A DNA stretch of 64,000 nt, taken from Marispirochaeta sp. GTDB lineage: Bacteria > Spirochaetota > Spirochaetia > JC444 > Marispirochaetaceae. A program made the position numbers and the translations under genes. The DNA lies in contig CAXXFF010000004.1 of assembly GCA_963676835.2 (NCBI GenBank), positions 192,001 to 256,000 of the forward strand. The letters run 5' to 3'. Shown piece after piece: positions 18,349-28,035 of this stretch; the stretch's first letter is position 1; every line of letters starts with the position of its first letter. The notes under the pieces are model-generated. The model had not been told where the DNA came from and did no database searches. It was given only the letters and a program-made list of their open reading frames with translations.

Positions 18349-19934
18349 GTATGTTCTGGCTTGTAACAATAGTAGTTATCTACCTTGGCCTGGTGGCTTA
18401 TCTTGGATACCGCGGATTCTCCGGAACTAAGAACTCTCTCGATTACATGGTGGGCGGACGCAATATCCATCCCTATGTTATGGCCCTTTCCTATGGTGCG
18501 ACCTTCATTTCCACCTCCGCCATAGTCGGCTTCGGAGGGGTTGCCGCTCTTTTCGGAATGAGCCTCTACTGGCTCACCTTCTGCAATATCTTTGTGGGGA
18601 TTTTCATCGCCTTTGTGTTCTTCGGAAAGAGAACCCGCAGAATGGGACTCAATCTGGATGCCCACACCTTTCCTGAATTCCTGGGACGCAGACTGAACTC
18701 GCAGTTTATTCAGCGGATGATGGGGCTGGTAATTTTTATCTTTATGCCTCTTTATGCTGCAGCCGTTCTTATCGGCGCAAGCCGCATTATGGAAGGACTC
18801 CTGGGAATTCCTTTCCTCTATTCCGTGACCATCTTCTCTGTTCTGGTTGCGGTATATGTGGTAATGGGCGGCCTCAAAGGCGTTATGTACACCGATGCAC
18901 TCCAGGGCACCCTGATGTTCATCGGAATGATTTTTCTTCTCTTTTTTATCTACATTAAACTCGGCGGCATTACCAAAGCCCATTCCGCCCTTACCGCCAT
19001 GGCCAATATGGTGCCGGACAACCTTAAAGCCATAGGGCATCAGGGGTGGACCGCATCACCGAAAGCAGGATCGCCCCTGTGGTGGACCATCTACAGCTCC
19101 ATCGTCCTCGGTGTTGGTATCGGCGTACTTGCTCAGCCCCAGCTGGTTGTTCGCTATATGACCGTAAAAAGCAACCAGGAACTGAACCGGGCGGTACTTA
19201 TCGGCGGACTGTTTATTCTGGTCATGACCGGAACGGCCTTTACCGTAGGCGCCCTTTCCAATGTCTACTTTGCTGAGGCAACCGGCAAGCTCGCCATTCA
19301 GGTTGCCGAGGGAAATACCGACAAGGTGATACCCGCCTTTATTGCCTCAGCCATGCCCTCATGGTTCGGTTATCTGTTTATGCTGGTTATTCTCTCCGCT
19401 GGAATGTCCACCCTGAGCAGCCAGTACCATGCCATCGGAACCTCCATAGGACGTGACTTCTATGCCGGCGGTCATGCCAAGGCAGGTAAACGCGGAACAG
19501 AAGTCCTAGTAACCCGAATCGGGGTTCTGGCCAGTATTCTACTGACAGTCTGGCTGGCACTGAACATGGGCGCAGGAATTATCGCCAGGGCAACGGCCAT
19601 CTTCTTCGGGCTGATGGCAGGCTGCTTTCTGGCACCCTATGTTGCAGCCCTTTTCTGGAAAAAACTTACCCGGGCCGGGGCTATTTCCGGAATTATCTCC
19701 GGACTGGCAGTAATGGTATTCTGCTTTCTGTTTACCCATGCAAGTGAAGCCAAGGTATTCGGGCTTGCCCAGGCAATCTTCGGCCGTCCTACAATGCTGG
19801 AAGGAATCTGGACAGTGGTTGATCCCATGGTTATCGGACTTCCGGTTTCAACCCTTTTTACCATTGTAGTAAGCCTTTTTACAAAGAATGAAGATACAGA
19901 ACTGATTGAAAAAGCCTTCGACGGTATAGGGTAA
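18345..19934 (+). CDS. Sodium:solute symporter (SSS/SLC5 family), copy 1
   Basis: DYMVGGR, ATFISTSAIVGFGG, GGLKGVMYTDALQG, AQPQLVVRYM, SAGMSTLSS. Confidence 0.93.
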   Translation: MSMFWLVTIVVIYLGLVAYLGYRGFSGTKNSLDYMVGGRNIHPYVMALSYGATFISTSAIVGFGGVAALFGMSLYWLTFCNIFVGIFIAFVFFGKRTRRMGLNLDAHTFPEFLGRRLNSQFIQRMMGLVIFIFMPLYAAAVLIGASRIMEGLLGIPFLYSVTIFSVLVAVYVVMGGLKGVMYTDALQGTLMFIGMIFLLFFIYIKLGGITKAHSALTAMANMVPDNLKAIGHQGWTASPKAGSPLWWTIYSSIVLGVGIGVLAQPQLVVRYMTVKSNQELNRAVLIGGLFILVMTGTAFTVGALSNVYFAEATGKLAIQVAEGNTDKVIPAFIASAMPSWFGYLFMLVILSAGMSTLSSQYHAIGTSIGRDFYAGGHAKAGKRGTEVLVTRIGVLASILLTVWLALNMGAGIIARATAIFFGLMAGCFLAPYVAALFWKKLTRAGAISGIISGLAVMVFCFLFTHASEAKVFGLAQAIFGRPTMLEGIWTVVDPMVIGLPVSTLFTIVVSLFTKNEDTELIEKAFDGIG

Positions 19935-19966
19935 TTTCCGTTTCAGATTACTTATATCACAGCTAT

Positions 19967-19998
19967 CCCCGCTGCAATCCCGCAGCGGGGCACTTTTC
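19967..19998 (+). terminator. Intrinsic terminator after symporter copy 1
   Basis: CCCCGCTGC-6-GCAGCGGGG followed by CACTTTTC. Confidence 0.7.
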
Positions 19999-20027
19999 TT
20001 GACCCCTGAATATACTCAGCGTACAAT
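19999..20027 (+). promoter_or_regulatory. sigma70 promoter of symporter cassette 2 with a different operator
   Basis: TTGACC-17-TACAAT; spacer contains the near-palindrome CTGAATATACTCAG (20006-20019). Confidence 0.72.
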
Positions 20028-20049
20028 AACTCTTCAAAAAGGAGATTAT

Positions 20050-20253
20050 ATGATACTGGGTATAGCTGATTTCAGCGTGGCACTGGTCTACCTGCTCATG
20101 ATTTTCGCCTCTCTGCTGTGCATAATCTACGGTTTCCGCATGTGGAACCGGGAAGGTGATGTTACCGAAAAGGAAATGCAGGAAGAAATTCAATGGGCCA
20201 GAGAAGAGATGGACCTCGAACGTGATCTTGCAGATGACGGAGGCAGACAATGA
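20050..20253 (+). CDS. Symporter small accessory membrane protein (copy 2)
   Basis: AAGGAG RBS; paralog of 18145-18348; ATGA overlap with the symporter. Confidence 0.85.
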   Translation: MILGIADFSVALVYLLMIFASLLCIIYGFRMWNREGDVTEKEMQEEIQWAREEMDLERDLADDGGRQ

Positions 20254-21839
20254 ACCTGTTCTGGCTTGTCACTGTAATTGTAATCTACCTGGGAGTTGTT
20301 GCATATCTTGGATACCGGGGCTTTGCGGGAACCAAAAACTCTCTGGACTACATGGTCGGGGGACGGAATATTCACCCCTATGTTATGGCCATGTCCTACG
20401 GCGCCACCTTCATTTCCACCTCGGCAATTGTCGGATTCGGCGGGATTGCTTCACTCTTCGGCATGAGCCTTCACTGGCTTACCTTCTGCAACATCTTTTT
20501 CGGCATATTCATTGCCTTTGTTTTCTTCGGGAAAAGAACACGGAGAATGGGGCTCAACCTGGATGCCCATACCTTTCCGGAGTTTCTTGGCCGCAGACTC
20601 GGCTCAACCTTCATACAGCGTCTCATGGGACTGGTTATTTTTATCTTTATGCCCCTCTATGCTGCGGCTGTGCTTATAGGCGCCAGTCGAATCATTGAAG
20701 GACTCTTAGGTGTCCCCTATCTTTATTCAGTTACCATGTTCTCTATCCTCGTCGCAGTTTATGTAATTATGGGAGGCCTTAAAGGCGTTATGTACACCGA
20801 TGCACTTCAGGGAAGTCTGATGTTTTTCGGCATGCTGGTGCTGCTGGTTTCCATTTACGCCCGGCTGGGGGGGATTGTGGACGCGCATACCGCCCTCACA
20901 AATATTGCAGATATGGTTCCGGACAACCTGAAGAGTATTGGTCACAGAGGATGGACTGCATCTCCGGCTTTAGGGTCTCCCCTATGGTGGACCATTTATT
21001 CCTCCCTGGTACTGGGTGTCGGAATCGGCGTTATTGCCCAGCCCCAGCTGATAGTCCGCTATATGACGGTGAAAAGCAACAAAGAGCTGAACCGTGCAGT
21101 GCTAATAGGGGGATTATTTATTCTGGTTACCGTCGGTACCGCCTATACCGTAGGATCCCTGACCAATGTCTATTTTATGAACACAAGCGGTAAACTGGCA
21201 ATTCAGGTGGCAGAAGGAAATACAGATAAGGTAATTCCAGCTTTCATAGCCTCGGCTATGCCTTCCTGGTTCAGTTATCTGTTCATGTTGGTAATACTCT
21301 CTGCAGGAATGTCTACATTGAGCAGCCAGTATCATGCAATCGGAACCTCAATCGGCCGGGATTTCTATGCCGGAGGCAGGGCCAAAGAGGGGAAACGGGG
21401 AACAGAAGTACTGATCACCAGAATCGGCGTACTGTTCAGTATACTTTTAACCGTATGGCTTGCCCTCAACATGGGTGCAGGAATTATCGCCCGGGCAACG
21501 GCGATCTTTTTCGGACTTATGGCTGGTTGCTTTCTTGCGCCCTATACTGCGGCCCTGTTCTGGAAACGTCTGACCCGCCCTGGTGCCATAGCCGGGATAC
21601 TCTCCGGCCTGGTTGTACTCATTTTCAGTTTTCTTTTTTTACATGCTCAGGAAGCAGCTGTTTTCGGTATTGGACAGAAATTGTTCGGTCGCACAACCCT
21701 GATGGGGGGATCCTGGCCGTCTGTTGACCCTCTGGTGTTCTCCCTGCCGATATCAACCTTTTTTACCGTGGTTGTCAGCCTGCTGACCCGGAAGGAAGAC
21801 TCGGAACTGATTGAGAAAGCCTTCGACGGTATCGGCTGA
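20250..21839 (+). CDS. Sodium:solute symporter (SSS/SLC5 family), copy 2
   Basis: Same length (529 aa) and colinear with copy 1. Confidence 0.93.
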   Translation: MNLFWLVTVIVIYLGVVAYLGYRGFAGTKNSLDYMVGGRNIHPYVMAMSYGATFISTSAIVGFGGIASLFGMSLHWLTFCNIFFGIFIAFVFFGKRTRRMGLNLDAHTFPEFLGRRLGSTFIQRLMGLVIFIFMPLYAAAVLIGASRIIEGLLGVPYLYSVTMFSILVAVYVIMGGLKGVMYTDALQGSLMFFGMLVLLVSIYARLGGIVDAHTALTNIADMVPDNLKSIGHRGWTASPALGSPLWWTIYSSLVLGVGIGVIAQPQLIVRYMTVKSNKELNRAVLIGGLFILVTVGTAYTVGSLTNVYFMNTSGKLAIQVAEGNTDKVIPAFIASAMPSWFSYLFMLVILSAGMSTLSSQYHAIGTSIGRDFYAGGRAKEGKRGTEVLITRIGVLFSILLTVWLALNMGAGIIARATAIFFGLMAGCFLAPYTAALFWKRLTRPGAIAGILSGLVVLIFSFLFLHAQEAAVFGIGQKLFGRTTLMGGSWPSVDPLVFSLPISTFFTVVVSLLTRKEDSELIEKAFDGIG

Positions 21840-21893
21840 GAGGCTGTTAGCTAACTGATATACAGATAACTAAACAGAAACAAACAATTGAAT

Positions 21894-21932
21894 AAAAAAC
21901 CTCCCAGGGCGAAACGCCCCGGGAGGTTTTTT
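21894..21932. terminator. Bidirectional intrinsic terminator
   Basis: AAAAAACCTCCC-AGGGCGAAACGCCCC-GGGAGGTTTTTT between convergent genes. Confidence 0.85.
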
Positions 21933-21966
21933 CATGCTGTTTCTTACGTAGAGAAAGATAGAAGAA

Positions 21967-23274
21967 CTAAAGAAGTTCCGGAACAAAAACCTTGGGAAGG
22001 AACATGGTGAGGCTGGGGAAAATAATGATCGATGAGAGAACCACCAGCATGACCAGCAGAAAAATGCCCACTTCCTTCAGGGCATCCGTACTGTTAATTC
22101 CCCCGATCTCGCTGGAAATAAGCAGACAGAGACCATAAGGAGGGGTAATCAAACCGAAACTTAATGCCACAATACCGGAAATAGCATAATGAAGGGGATG
22201 AATCCCGGCATAATCCGCCAGAGGCATAAGCAGGGGGGTCATGATAACGATTGCAGGAATTGCATCCATAAATGTGCCCACCAGAAGAAAGAGAAAGACA
22301 ATAATAAAAAGCATCAGTGTCGGGGATGTGGAGAAAAACCCGATGGCATCAACCAGAAAAGTGGGTATCCGGTAATAAGCAAGCACCCAGCCATATATAG
22401 ATGCAGTACCTACTGCAAAAAGTGACAGTCCTCCAAGTTTTGCAGTTTCCAGCAGAAGACCGGAGACATTACGGGGTTTGATCGACCTGTAGACCACAAG
22501 GGCAAGAAACAGTGCATAGGCTACTGCCAGCAATGAAGCTTCCGTCGGGGTAACAAATCCTCCGATAATACCGCCTATTATGATTACCGGCGTTATCCCC
22601 GGAAGAATTGCCGATTTAAAGCTGAGGCCCAGTTCCTTCCAGTCCATGGCTGATTCTTTCGGGAAGTTTCTTTTCATGGAGAATACATGCACCAGAATCA
22701 TCTGGGAAACCGCAACCATGACTCCGGGAACAAAGCCCGCAAGAAACAGGGCGGCAACCGAGGTGTTGGCAACCCCGCCCCAGACAACCATGATAATACT
22801 GGGTGGGATAATAACCCCCATAACACTGGAACAGGCAGTTACTGCCACAGTGAAGAATCGGTCATATTTCTCTTTAATCATGGCAGGAATGAGCACCGAT
22901 CCGATTCCGGCGGCATCCGCCGTTGATGATCCTGAAATTCCTGCAAAGAACATACTGACTACAACATTTACATGGGCAAGACCTCCAGGAAGATGCCCCA
23001 CAAGAGCCTTGGAGAAGCGGATCAGCTTATTGGTAATGCCCGAAGCGTTCATTATATTGGCTGCCATTATAAAAAAGGGAACCGACAGCAGAATAAAAGA
23101 ATCATAGGATTTAAGCATTCTCTGCAGGAGCATTACCGGTGTAAGCCGGGGTTCGAGGAGCAGTACCGGTACAACCGCCAGAGCCAGAGCATATGCCACG
23201 GGCACACGGAGTATAATCAGCATAAACAGACCAAGAAAAAGGATAAGACCTACAATTGCGGGATCAAGTATCAT
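21967..23274 (-). CDS. dctM: TRAP transporter large permease
   Basis: VPFFIMA, GGLAHVNV, FAGISGSSTAD, IIPPS, TPTEAS, ITPPYG. Confidence 0.93.
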   Translation of the reverse strand: MILDPAIVGLILFLGLFMLIILRVPVAYALALAVVPVLLLEPRLTPVMLLQRMLKSYDSFILLSVPFFIMAANIMNASGITNKLIRFSKALVGHLPGGLAHVNVVVSMFFAGISGSSTADAAGIGSVLIPAMIKEKYDRFFTVAVTACSSVMGVIIPPSIIMVVWGGVANTSVAALFLAGFVPGVMVAVSQMILVHVFSMKRNFPKESAMDWKELGLSFKSAILPGITPVIIIGGIIGGFVTPTEASLLAVAYALFLALVVYRSIKPRNVSGLLLETAKLGGLSLFAVGTASIYGWVLAYYRIPTFLVDAIGFFSTSPTLMLFIIVFLFLLVGTFMDAIPAIVIMTPLLMPLADYAGIHPLHYAISGIVALSFGLITPPYGLCLLISSEIGGINSTDALKEVGIFLLVMLVVLSSIIIFPSLTMFLPKVFVPELL

Positions 23275-23783
23275 GAGAATTCTCCTTCATCCGGTTCTTT
23301 CTGTTCAGGAATTCCTTTTCCGGTAAACAGCCGTATTACCTGTTCAATAAGAAAAAGTGTCCATGTAAGCCCCGCAAAGGGAACTGCGGCATGAATCCAG
23401 CCGAGATTTATACCGGTCAACTCGGAAGTTTGAATGGTACCCATCTTCCAATACCGGATTCCGTATCTGAGAAAAATATAGGAGACGCAGAAAAGAAAGA
23501 AATAATAGAGTACATCCAGGAAAAAATTAAAACGGGGGGAGAGATTCCTGGGCAGGAAATCGACAAAAAAATGCCGTCTTTCCCGCAGACCAATCATTGA
23601 TCCCAGGAAAATAACCCATATAAGCGACATCCGTGCAACCTCTTCCGCCCAGAGATAACGGGGAATAAAGTTGACATAGCGGCCGAGAATCTGCAGTGCC
23701 ACAGAAAATATCAGCAGATACATCAACACTATAATGGCAATGTTTATTACCCGTGAGTATACATCCAGTATCTTCGTAAACAT
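23271..23783 (-). CDS. dctQ: TRAP transporter small permease
   Basis: 4 TM, QILGRY, WAEEVAR, HFFVD. Confidence 0.9.
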   Translation of the reverse strand: MFTKILDVYSRVINIAIIVLMYLLIFSVALQILGRYVNFIPRYLWAEEVARMSLIWVIFLGSMIGLRERRHFFVDFLPRNLSPRFNFFLDVLYYFFLFCVSYIFLRYGIRYWKMGTIQTSELTGINLGWIHAAVPFAGLTWTLFLIEQVIRLFTGKGIPEQKEPDEGEFS

Positions 23784-23877
23784 TTAACACCCATTCCTTC
23801 TGATGAAATAACAATGAAAGGAATCAAGGCAGATCTTCGAAGAAAATCTGCCTCGATGGTAGAACATCAACTAGTTT

Positions 23878-24891
23878 TTATCTAAGACTATCTACATTTT
23901 TCAGAATAGACTCGGCACCGATCTCTTTGGCGAAAGCTTCAAGAGAAGGACGGGCAGCGGCCTGCATTTTCGCCAGATCCGCAGCAGAAAGCTGAATCAC
24001 CTTGATTTTCCCTTCTGCTTCCATCTGTTTCAGCGCTTCCGCATCTTCCTTGGTTTCAGTGGCCCGGTGCCATGCAGCAGCCTCTTCTCCCGCTTTCAGG
24101 ATCGCATCCTGCAGCTCTTTGGGGAAAGACTGAAAACGTTTTTCACTGAAAAACAGGGGGCGTACGGTAATTGCATGACGTGTGAGTACGATGTTTGGTG
24201 CAACTTCGTAGAATTTCATGGAACGGAGGGCTGCTGATTCGTTTTCGAGGCCGTCAACAACGCCGGTTTTGATTCCGTTGTAAACTTCGAGGTAATCCAG
24301 GGGAGTAGCCTTGAAACCTACTGCGTTAAACACATTGGCCTGAATAGGAGATCCCATTACCCGGAGGAGGATATTGGGGAAATCCGCTGTGCTTTTAACA
24401 GGCTGATTAAGAATCAGGTTTCTGGTTCCACCACCGCCGAAGCCGACAATACGGAGACCTTTTCCAATAAGATCTTCTTTGATGGGGTCAAAGGCTCCCT
24501 GACTGAGGGCGCGATCCCAGTGGTCAAGATCTTTAAAAAGAAAGGGAGGATCCATAAAAGAGACGCGCTTGTCCCAGGTTGCGGCCCATGAAGGCGCAGC
24601 AACAGCAAAGTCAACAGATATTCCCTCGATCATGTACTCAACAAAGTCTTTTTCCTGACCGAGATCACCGGAATGGTGAACTTCGATTTCGATAGGACCG
24701 TCATAGTACTCTTTCACTTTCTCAGCGAAGACCTCCATCATCCGGTAGAAGACATAGTCCGCGGGAAGGTGGGTTGCACCTACAAGATGGATAGGCCTCT
24801 CGGATGAACCTCCGCCCTCGCCTTGCCCGCCGGCAAAGACTGTTCCCATGCAGATAGATACAACAAGTAAACCAATCAGCAATTTCTTCAT
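23878..24891 (-). CDS. dctP: TRAP substrate-binding protein
   Basis: Signal peptide, PFLF, conserved Arg (LLRVM), EVYNGIKTGVVDGLEN. Confidence 0.92.
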   Translation of the reverse strand: MKKLLIGLLVVSICMGTVFAGGQGEGGGSSERPIHLVGATHLPADYVFYRMMEVFAEKVKEYYDGPIEIEVHHSGDLGQEKDFVEYMIEGISVDFAVAAPSWAATWDKRVSFMDPPFLFKDLDHWDRALSQGAFDPIKEDLIGKGLRIVGFGGGGTRNLILNQPVKSTADFPNILLRVMGSPIQANVFNAVGFKATPLDYLEVYNGIKTGVVDGLENESAALRSMKFYEVAPNIVLTRHAITVRPLFFSEKRFQSFPKELQDAILKAGEEAAAWHRATETKEDAEALKQMEAEGKIKVIQLSAADLAKMQAAARPSLEAFAKEIGAESILKNVDSLR

Positions 24892-25020
24892 ACTACCTCC
24901 TTAAGGTATTGGAACGTTTTAATACATTTTACCAGTGAAAATTTCAGCGAACAAGAAATTTCAGTAGACGAAGAAAAGGGGAGACAAAATAAAAGATAAC
25001 TTTAGACAAAAGCAAAAAAA

Positions 25021-26007
25021 TCAGGAATAACGAATTACCGGGGGGGAGGCACAAAGAGGAACCGTCCTGCCATTTGCCGTGATAATATCAACCGGCCGAC
25101 TTTCCCCCTGAGTCATATCCGTGTTCACAAATGAAGGACTGATGGCAATACCTTTTCTGCCGGAAGCCCCCTCCCACTGACGCCACTTTCCGGGGGGGAT
25201 CTGCTCAAAATCAGAAAAGACCCGGGTAAAATGATAGATCGTTTTGAACCCGGTGAGATGTGCCACCTCTTTAATCGGTTTTGCAGTGTAGCGCAGCAGT
25301 GACTTAGCCTCATATATTCGGTAACGCATAAGATAGCGGTGAACAGACAACCCTACTACAGTCCGGAATTTTTTGGCCAGATAGGTTTTCGCATAGCCAA
25401 CAAAAGAGGCGATATCATCAAGGGTCAGATTACTGTCCGCATAGTTTTCACGGATAAACTTAAGAACCGGCCGGATACTCTGGTCACGGCACCAGGTTGT
25501 TGTAAGCTCCACGCCGGATTGAACAGCAGTTCCGATATTCATTCGGCCCATCCAGACAATCATCTGCAATGCAAGGGCATTACAGGTTTCCCGGTACCAT
25601 GGTTCGGCCATTACAGCTTCATGATGAATTTCTTCAAGAAGATTTTTCAGAAAGCCGCTTGAATCGGTAAAGGGGCGGTTCTTTCTCAGGAGTGAAGCGT
25701 GAAGATCCTCGGGAAAAACAGAAAACTTGATATCAAATGTTCGCAATGGGCAGCCGGAAAGTGCTTTCAGTGCATGGGGGGCGTATGGCGGCATAAGAAT
25801 GAATGAATTTCTACCGATTTCAATATTGCCGTTGTCGGTCTGAAGTTGAAGAACCCCGTCTATTACAAAGAAGAGCTGAAAGAAATCGTGAGCGTGCCTG
25901 GGCACAGACCAGCCTGGATTGTAGTCATACATGGCCATCCAGTAGACTTCAACTGGCCGCAGACCCGCTGAACGTTCACCGTTTATACCTTTAACCATTT
26001 TGACCAT
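25021..26007 (-). CDS. AraC-family transcriptional regulator (cupin + HTH)
   Basis: HAHDFFQ..PH cupin; LTLDDIA..YLAKKF, IKEVAHLTGF..HFTRVF..PPGKWR; start uncertain. Confidence 0.88.
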   Translation of the reverse strand: MVKMVKGINGERSAGLRPVEVYWMAMYDYNPGWSVPRHAHDFFQLFFVIDGVLQLQTDNGNIEIGRNSFILMPPYAPHALKALSGCPLRTFDIKFSVFPEDLHASLLRKNRPFTDSSGFLKNLLEEIHHEAVMAEPWYRETCNALALQMIVWMGRMNIGTAVQSGVELTTTWCRDQSIRPVLKFIRENYADSNLTLDDIASFVGYAKTYLAKKFRTVVGLSVHRYLMRYRIYEAKSLLRYTAKPIKEVAHLTGFKTIYHFTRVFSDFEQIPPGKWRQWEGASGRKGIAISPSFVNTDMTQGESRPVDIITANGRTVPLCASPPVIRYS

Positions 26008-26061
26008 GGAGAAATTATACCATGCTTTTCTCAAAACAGAAGTCTGGTGTAGAATGGGGAT

Positions 26062-26685
26062 ATGAAATCCACCTTTGAGAATCTGCCCAAGGACAAGCAA
26101 AAACGGATTATGGAAGCCGCGGTTGATGAGTTCGGTGTAAACGGCTATAAATCCGGCTCCACCGACAGGATTATCCGTAAGGCATCAATTTCAAAGGGCG
26201 GCCTCTATGAGTATATTTCCTCGAAATCAGAGCTCTATATTGCTTCGGTGGAGTATGCATACAACGGAGTCTACGGCTACCTGCATACAAAGGTGGATAA
26301 CACCGAAAAGGCTCTGCGGAGCAACCTTCTGGACCGGCTGCGTATAGCTAGTTCCTATGCCGCTGAAGTCTACCTGCAGCACCCCCGCTATATACAGCTC
26401 CTGGCCCGGGCCGGAAGTGAGGATGATACGGAACTGCAGCAGGAGATTGAGAATATCTTCAAGAACCGTTTTAACCATCTCTTCGATGATGTCGACGCGG
26501 ACAACTTTGCTTTTCCAAAACACCGGGTATTTGATCTTGTCCGCACTCTGCTGGTAAAAACCAGGAATGAATTCTTAAGCACCATGAAACGGCGGGAATC
26601 GGAAGAGGAAATTGTAGCGGAATACAAAGCCTGCTGGGATTTTTACCTTGAGGTTCTTCAGTCCGGCATCTTCAGAAAAAATTGA
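26062..26685 (+). CDS. TetR/AcrR-family transcriptional regulator
   Basis: TFENLPKDKQKRIMEAAVDEF..STDRIIRKASISKGGLYEYISSKSELY. Confidence 0.88.
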   Translation: MKSTFENLPKDKQKRIMEAAVDEFGVNGYKSGSTDRIIRKASISKGGLYEYISSKSELYIASVEYAYNGVYGYLHTKVDNTEKALRSNLLDRLRIASSYAAEVYLQHPRYIQLLARAGSEDDTELQQEIENIFKNRFNHLFDDVDADNFAFPKHRVFDLVRTLLVKTRNEFLSTMKRRESEEEIVAEYKACWDFYLEVLQSGIFRKN

Positions 26686-26725
26686 TTTGCTTATCTCTCC
26701 AGTCTTTTTATCCGAAAATCCAAGT

Positions 26726-27172
26726 ATGAACAACTGCGACCTGCTGCCTCTGTTGAGGGACATTAAAGAACAGTACTATAACCATTTTGACCAGTCCTGG
26801 TTCCACATGCTGCTTGAGAACTGTCCTGTCAGCTCTCAGCTGGTACGGGATATAAAAATTTTCCTGGACTCCGGTCGGGATGATCTCAGCCGGAAATCGA
26901 ATGTAATCTATGGGATCTCCAACCTTGAAACATTTGTCAGAGCTGTGGAAACCCATCTTATGCCCCATATAAAAGAACTACTTGGAGTATCCGGACTTGC
27001 CCCGACCCGCAGTTATGGACACAGGGATGAGTTTGTTCACCGCAGACTGCTTGCGGAGGTACTCCCCTACAACCTGACAATGCTCAAGGTAATGGTAAAC
27101 GATCTTAAAGAAGCTACTGACACAACTACGCCGCCGGTACTGCCTGAACTGCCGGTTTACCGGACCGCATAG
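26726..27172 (+). CDS. Hypothetical protein
   Basis: ORF fills the gap between tetR and SMUG1; start uncertain. Confidence 0.6.
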   Translation: MNNCDLLPLLRDIKEQYYNHFDQSWFHMLLENCPVSSQLVRDIKIFLDSGRDDLSRKSNVIYGISNLETFVRAVETHLMPHIKELLGVSGLAPTRSYGHRDEFVHRRLLAEVLPYNLTMLKVMVNDLKEATDTTTPPVLPELPVYRTA

Positions 27173-27217
27173 AAAACCCTTGCCTCACCGCCTTCCCGCT
27201 GGTATCCTGATTTCTCC

Positions 27218-27991
27218 ATGGATATTTTTACCCTCACAAACAGACTTGCCGACGATGTAGACGCCCTGCAGTTCAGCGGCAAGGTTGCCTGTGTATATAA
27301 TCCCCTCCGGTATGCAGAGAAAGCCCATACCCGCTACCTGGAGCGCTTCTCCACCGGCCGGAAACGCATCCTTTTCCTCGGCATGAATCCCGGCCCCTGG
27401 GGAATGGCACAGATAGGTGTTCCCTTCGGCGAAATAAATGCCGCCCGCGATTGGCTCGGGATACACGAAGAGATCGGCAAACCGGAAAATGAACACCCGA
27501 AACGCCCGGTACAGGGATTCGACTGCCAGCGGAGCGAAGTAAGCGGCCGCCGTTTATGGGGCCTGTTCAGCAGCCGCTTTGCCACCCCGGAAGATTTCTT
27601 TCGGGATCACTACGTTGCAAACTACTGTCCCCTGGTTTTCATGGAGGATTCGGGGAAGAACTTTACCCCGGATAAGCTTCCGAAGGCGGAATCTGCGCCC
27701 CTTTATGAAGCCTGTGACCGCCACCTGACCGGCCTGATTGAACTTCTGGAGCCTGAGTTTCTGATCGGTGTTGGAAATTTTGCCCTGAAACGGCTGGAGA
27801 CTATCGTAAAAGGCAGCAGTGCAATACAAGACCGTGCACCGGTAACGGCATCCATACTGCATCCCAGTCCTGCCAGTCCTGCAGCCAACAGGGGGTGGGA
27901 CGGAGCAGTGCTTGAGAAGATGTACGCCATAGGGGCCTGGCAGAAACAGGAATCAGGCACTGATACGTCTGAAGTCGGCAGACTCGGCTGA
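27218..27991 (+). CDS. SMUG1-type (family 3) uracil-DNA glycosylase
   Basis: GMNPGPWGMAQIGVPFG, SEVSGRRLW, NYCPL, HPSPASPAAN. Confidence 0.92.
   Translation: MDIFTLTNRLADDVDALQFSGKVACVYNPLRYAEKAHTRYLERFSTGRKRILFLGMNPGPWGMAQIGVPFGEINAARDWLGIHEEIGKPENEHPKRPVQGFDCQRSEVSGRRLWGLFSSRFATPEDFFRDHYVANYCPLVFMEDSGKNFTPDKLPKAESAPLYEACDRHLTGLIELLEPEFLIGVGNFALKRLETIVKGSSAIQDRAPVTASILHPSPASPAANRGWDGAVLEKMYAIGAWQKQESGTDTSEVGRLG
27938..27961 (+). repeat. 24-bp direct repeat, left copy (in SMUG1 3' end)
   Basis: TGGCAGAAACAGGAATCAGGCACT, identical to 29322-29345. Confidence 0.9.
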
Positions 27992-28035
27992 ATATTCAGG
28001 GTGTTTCAGTTTATGGCGGTTGCATTTAACGGTTA

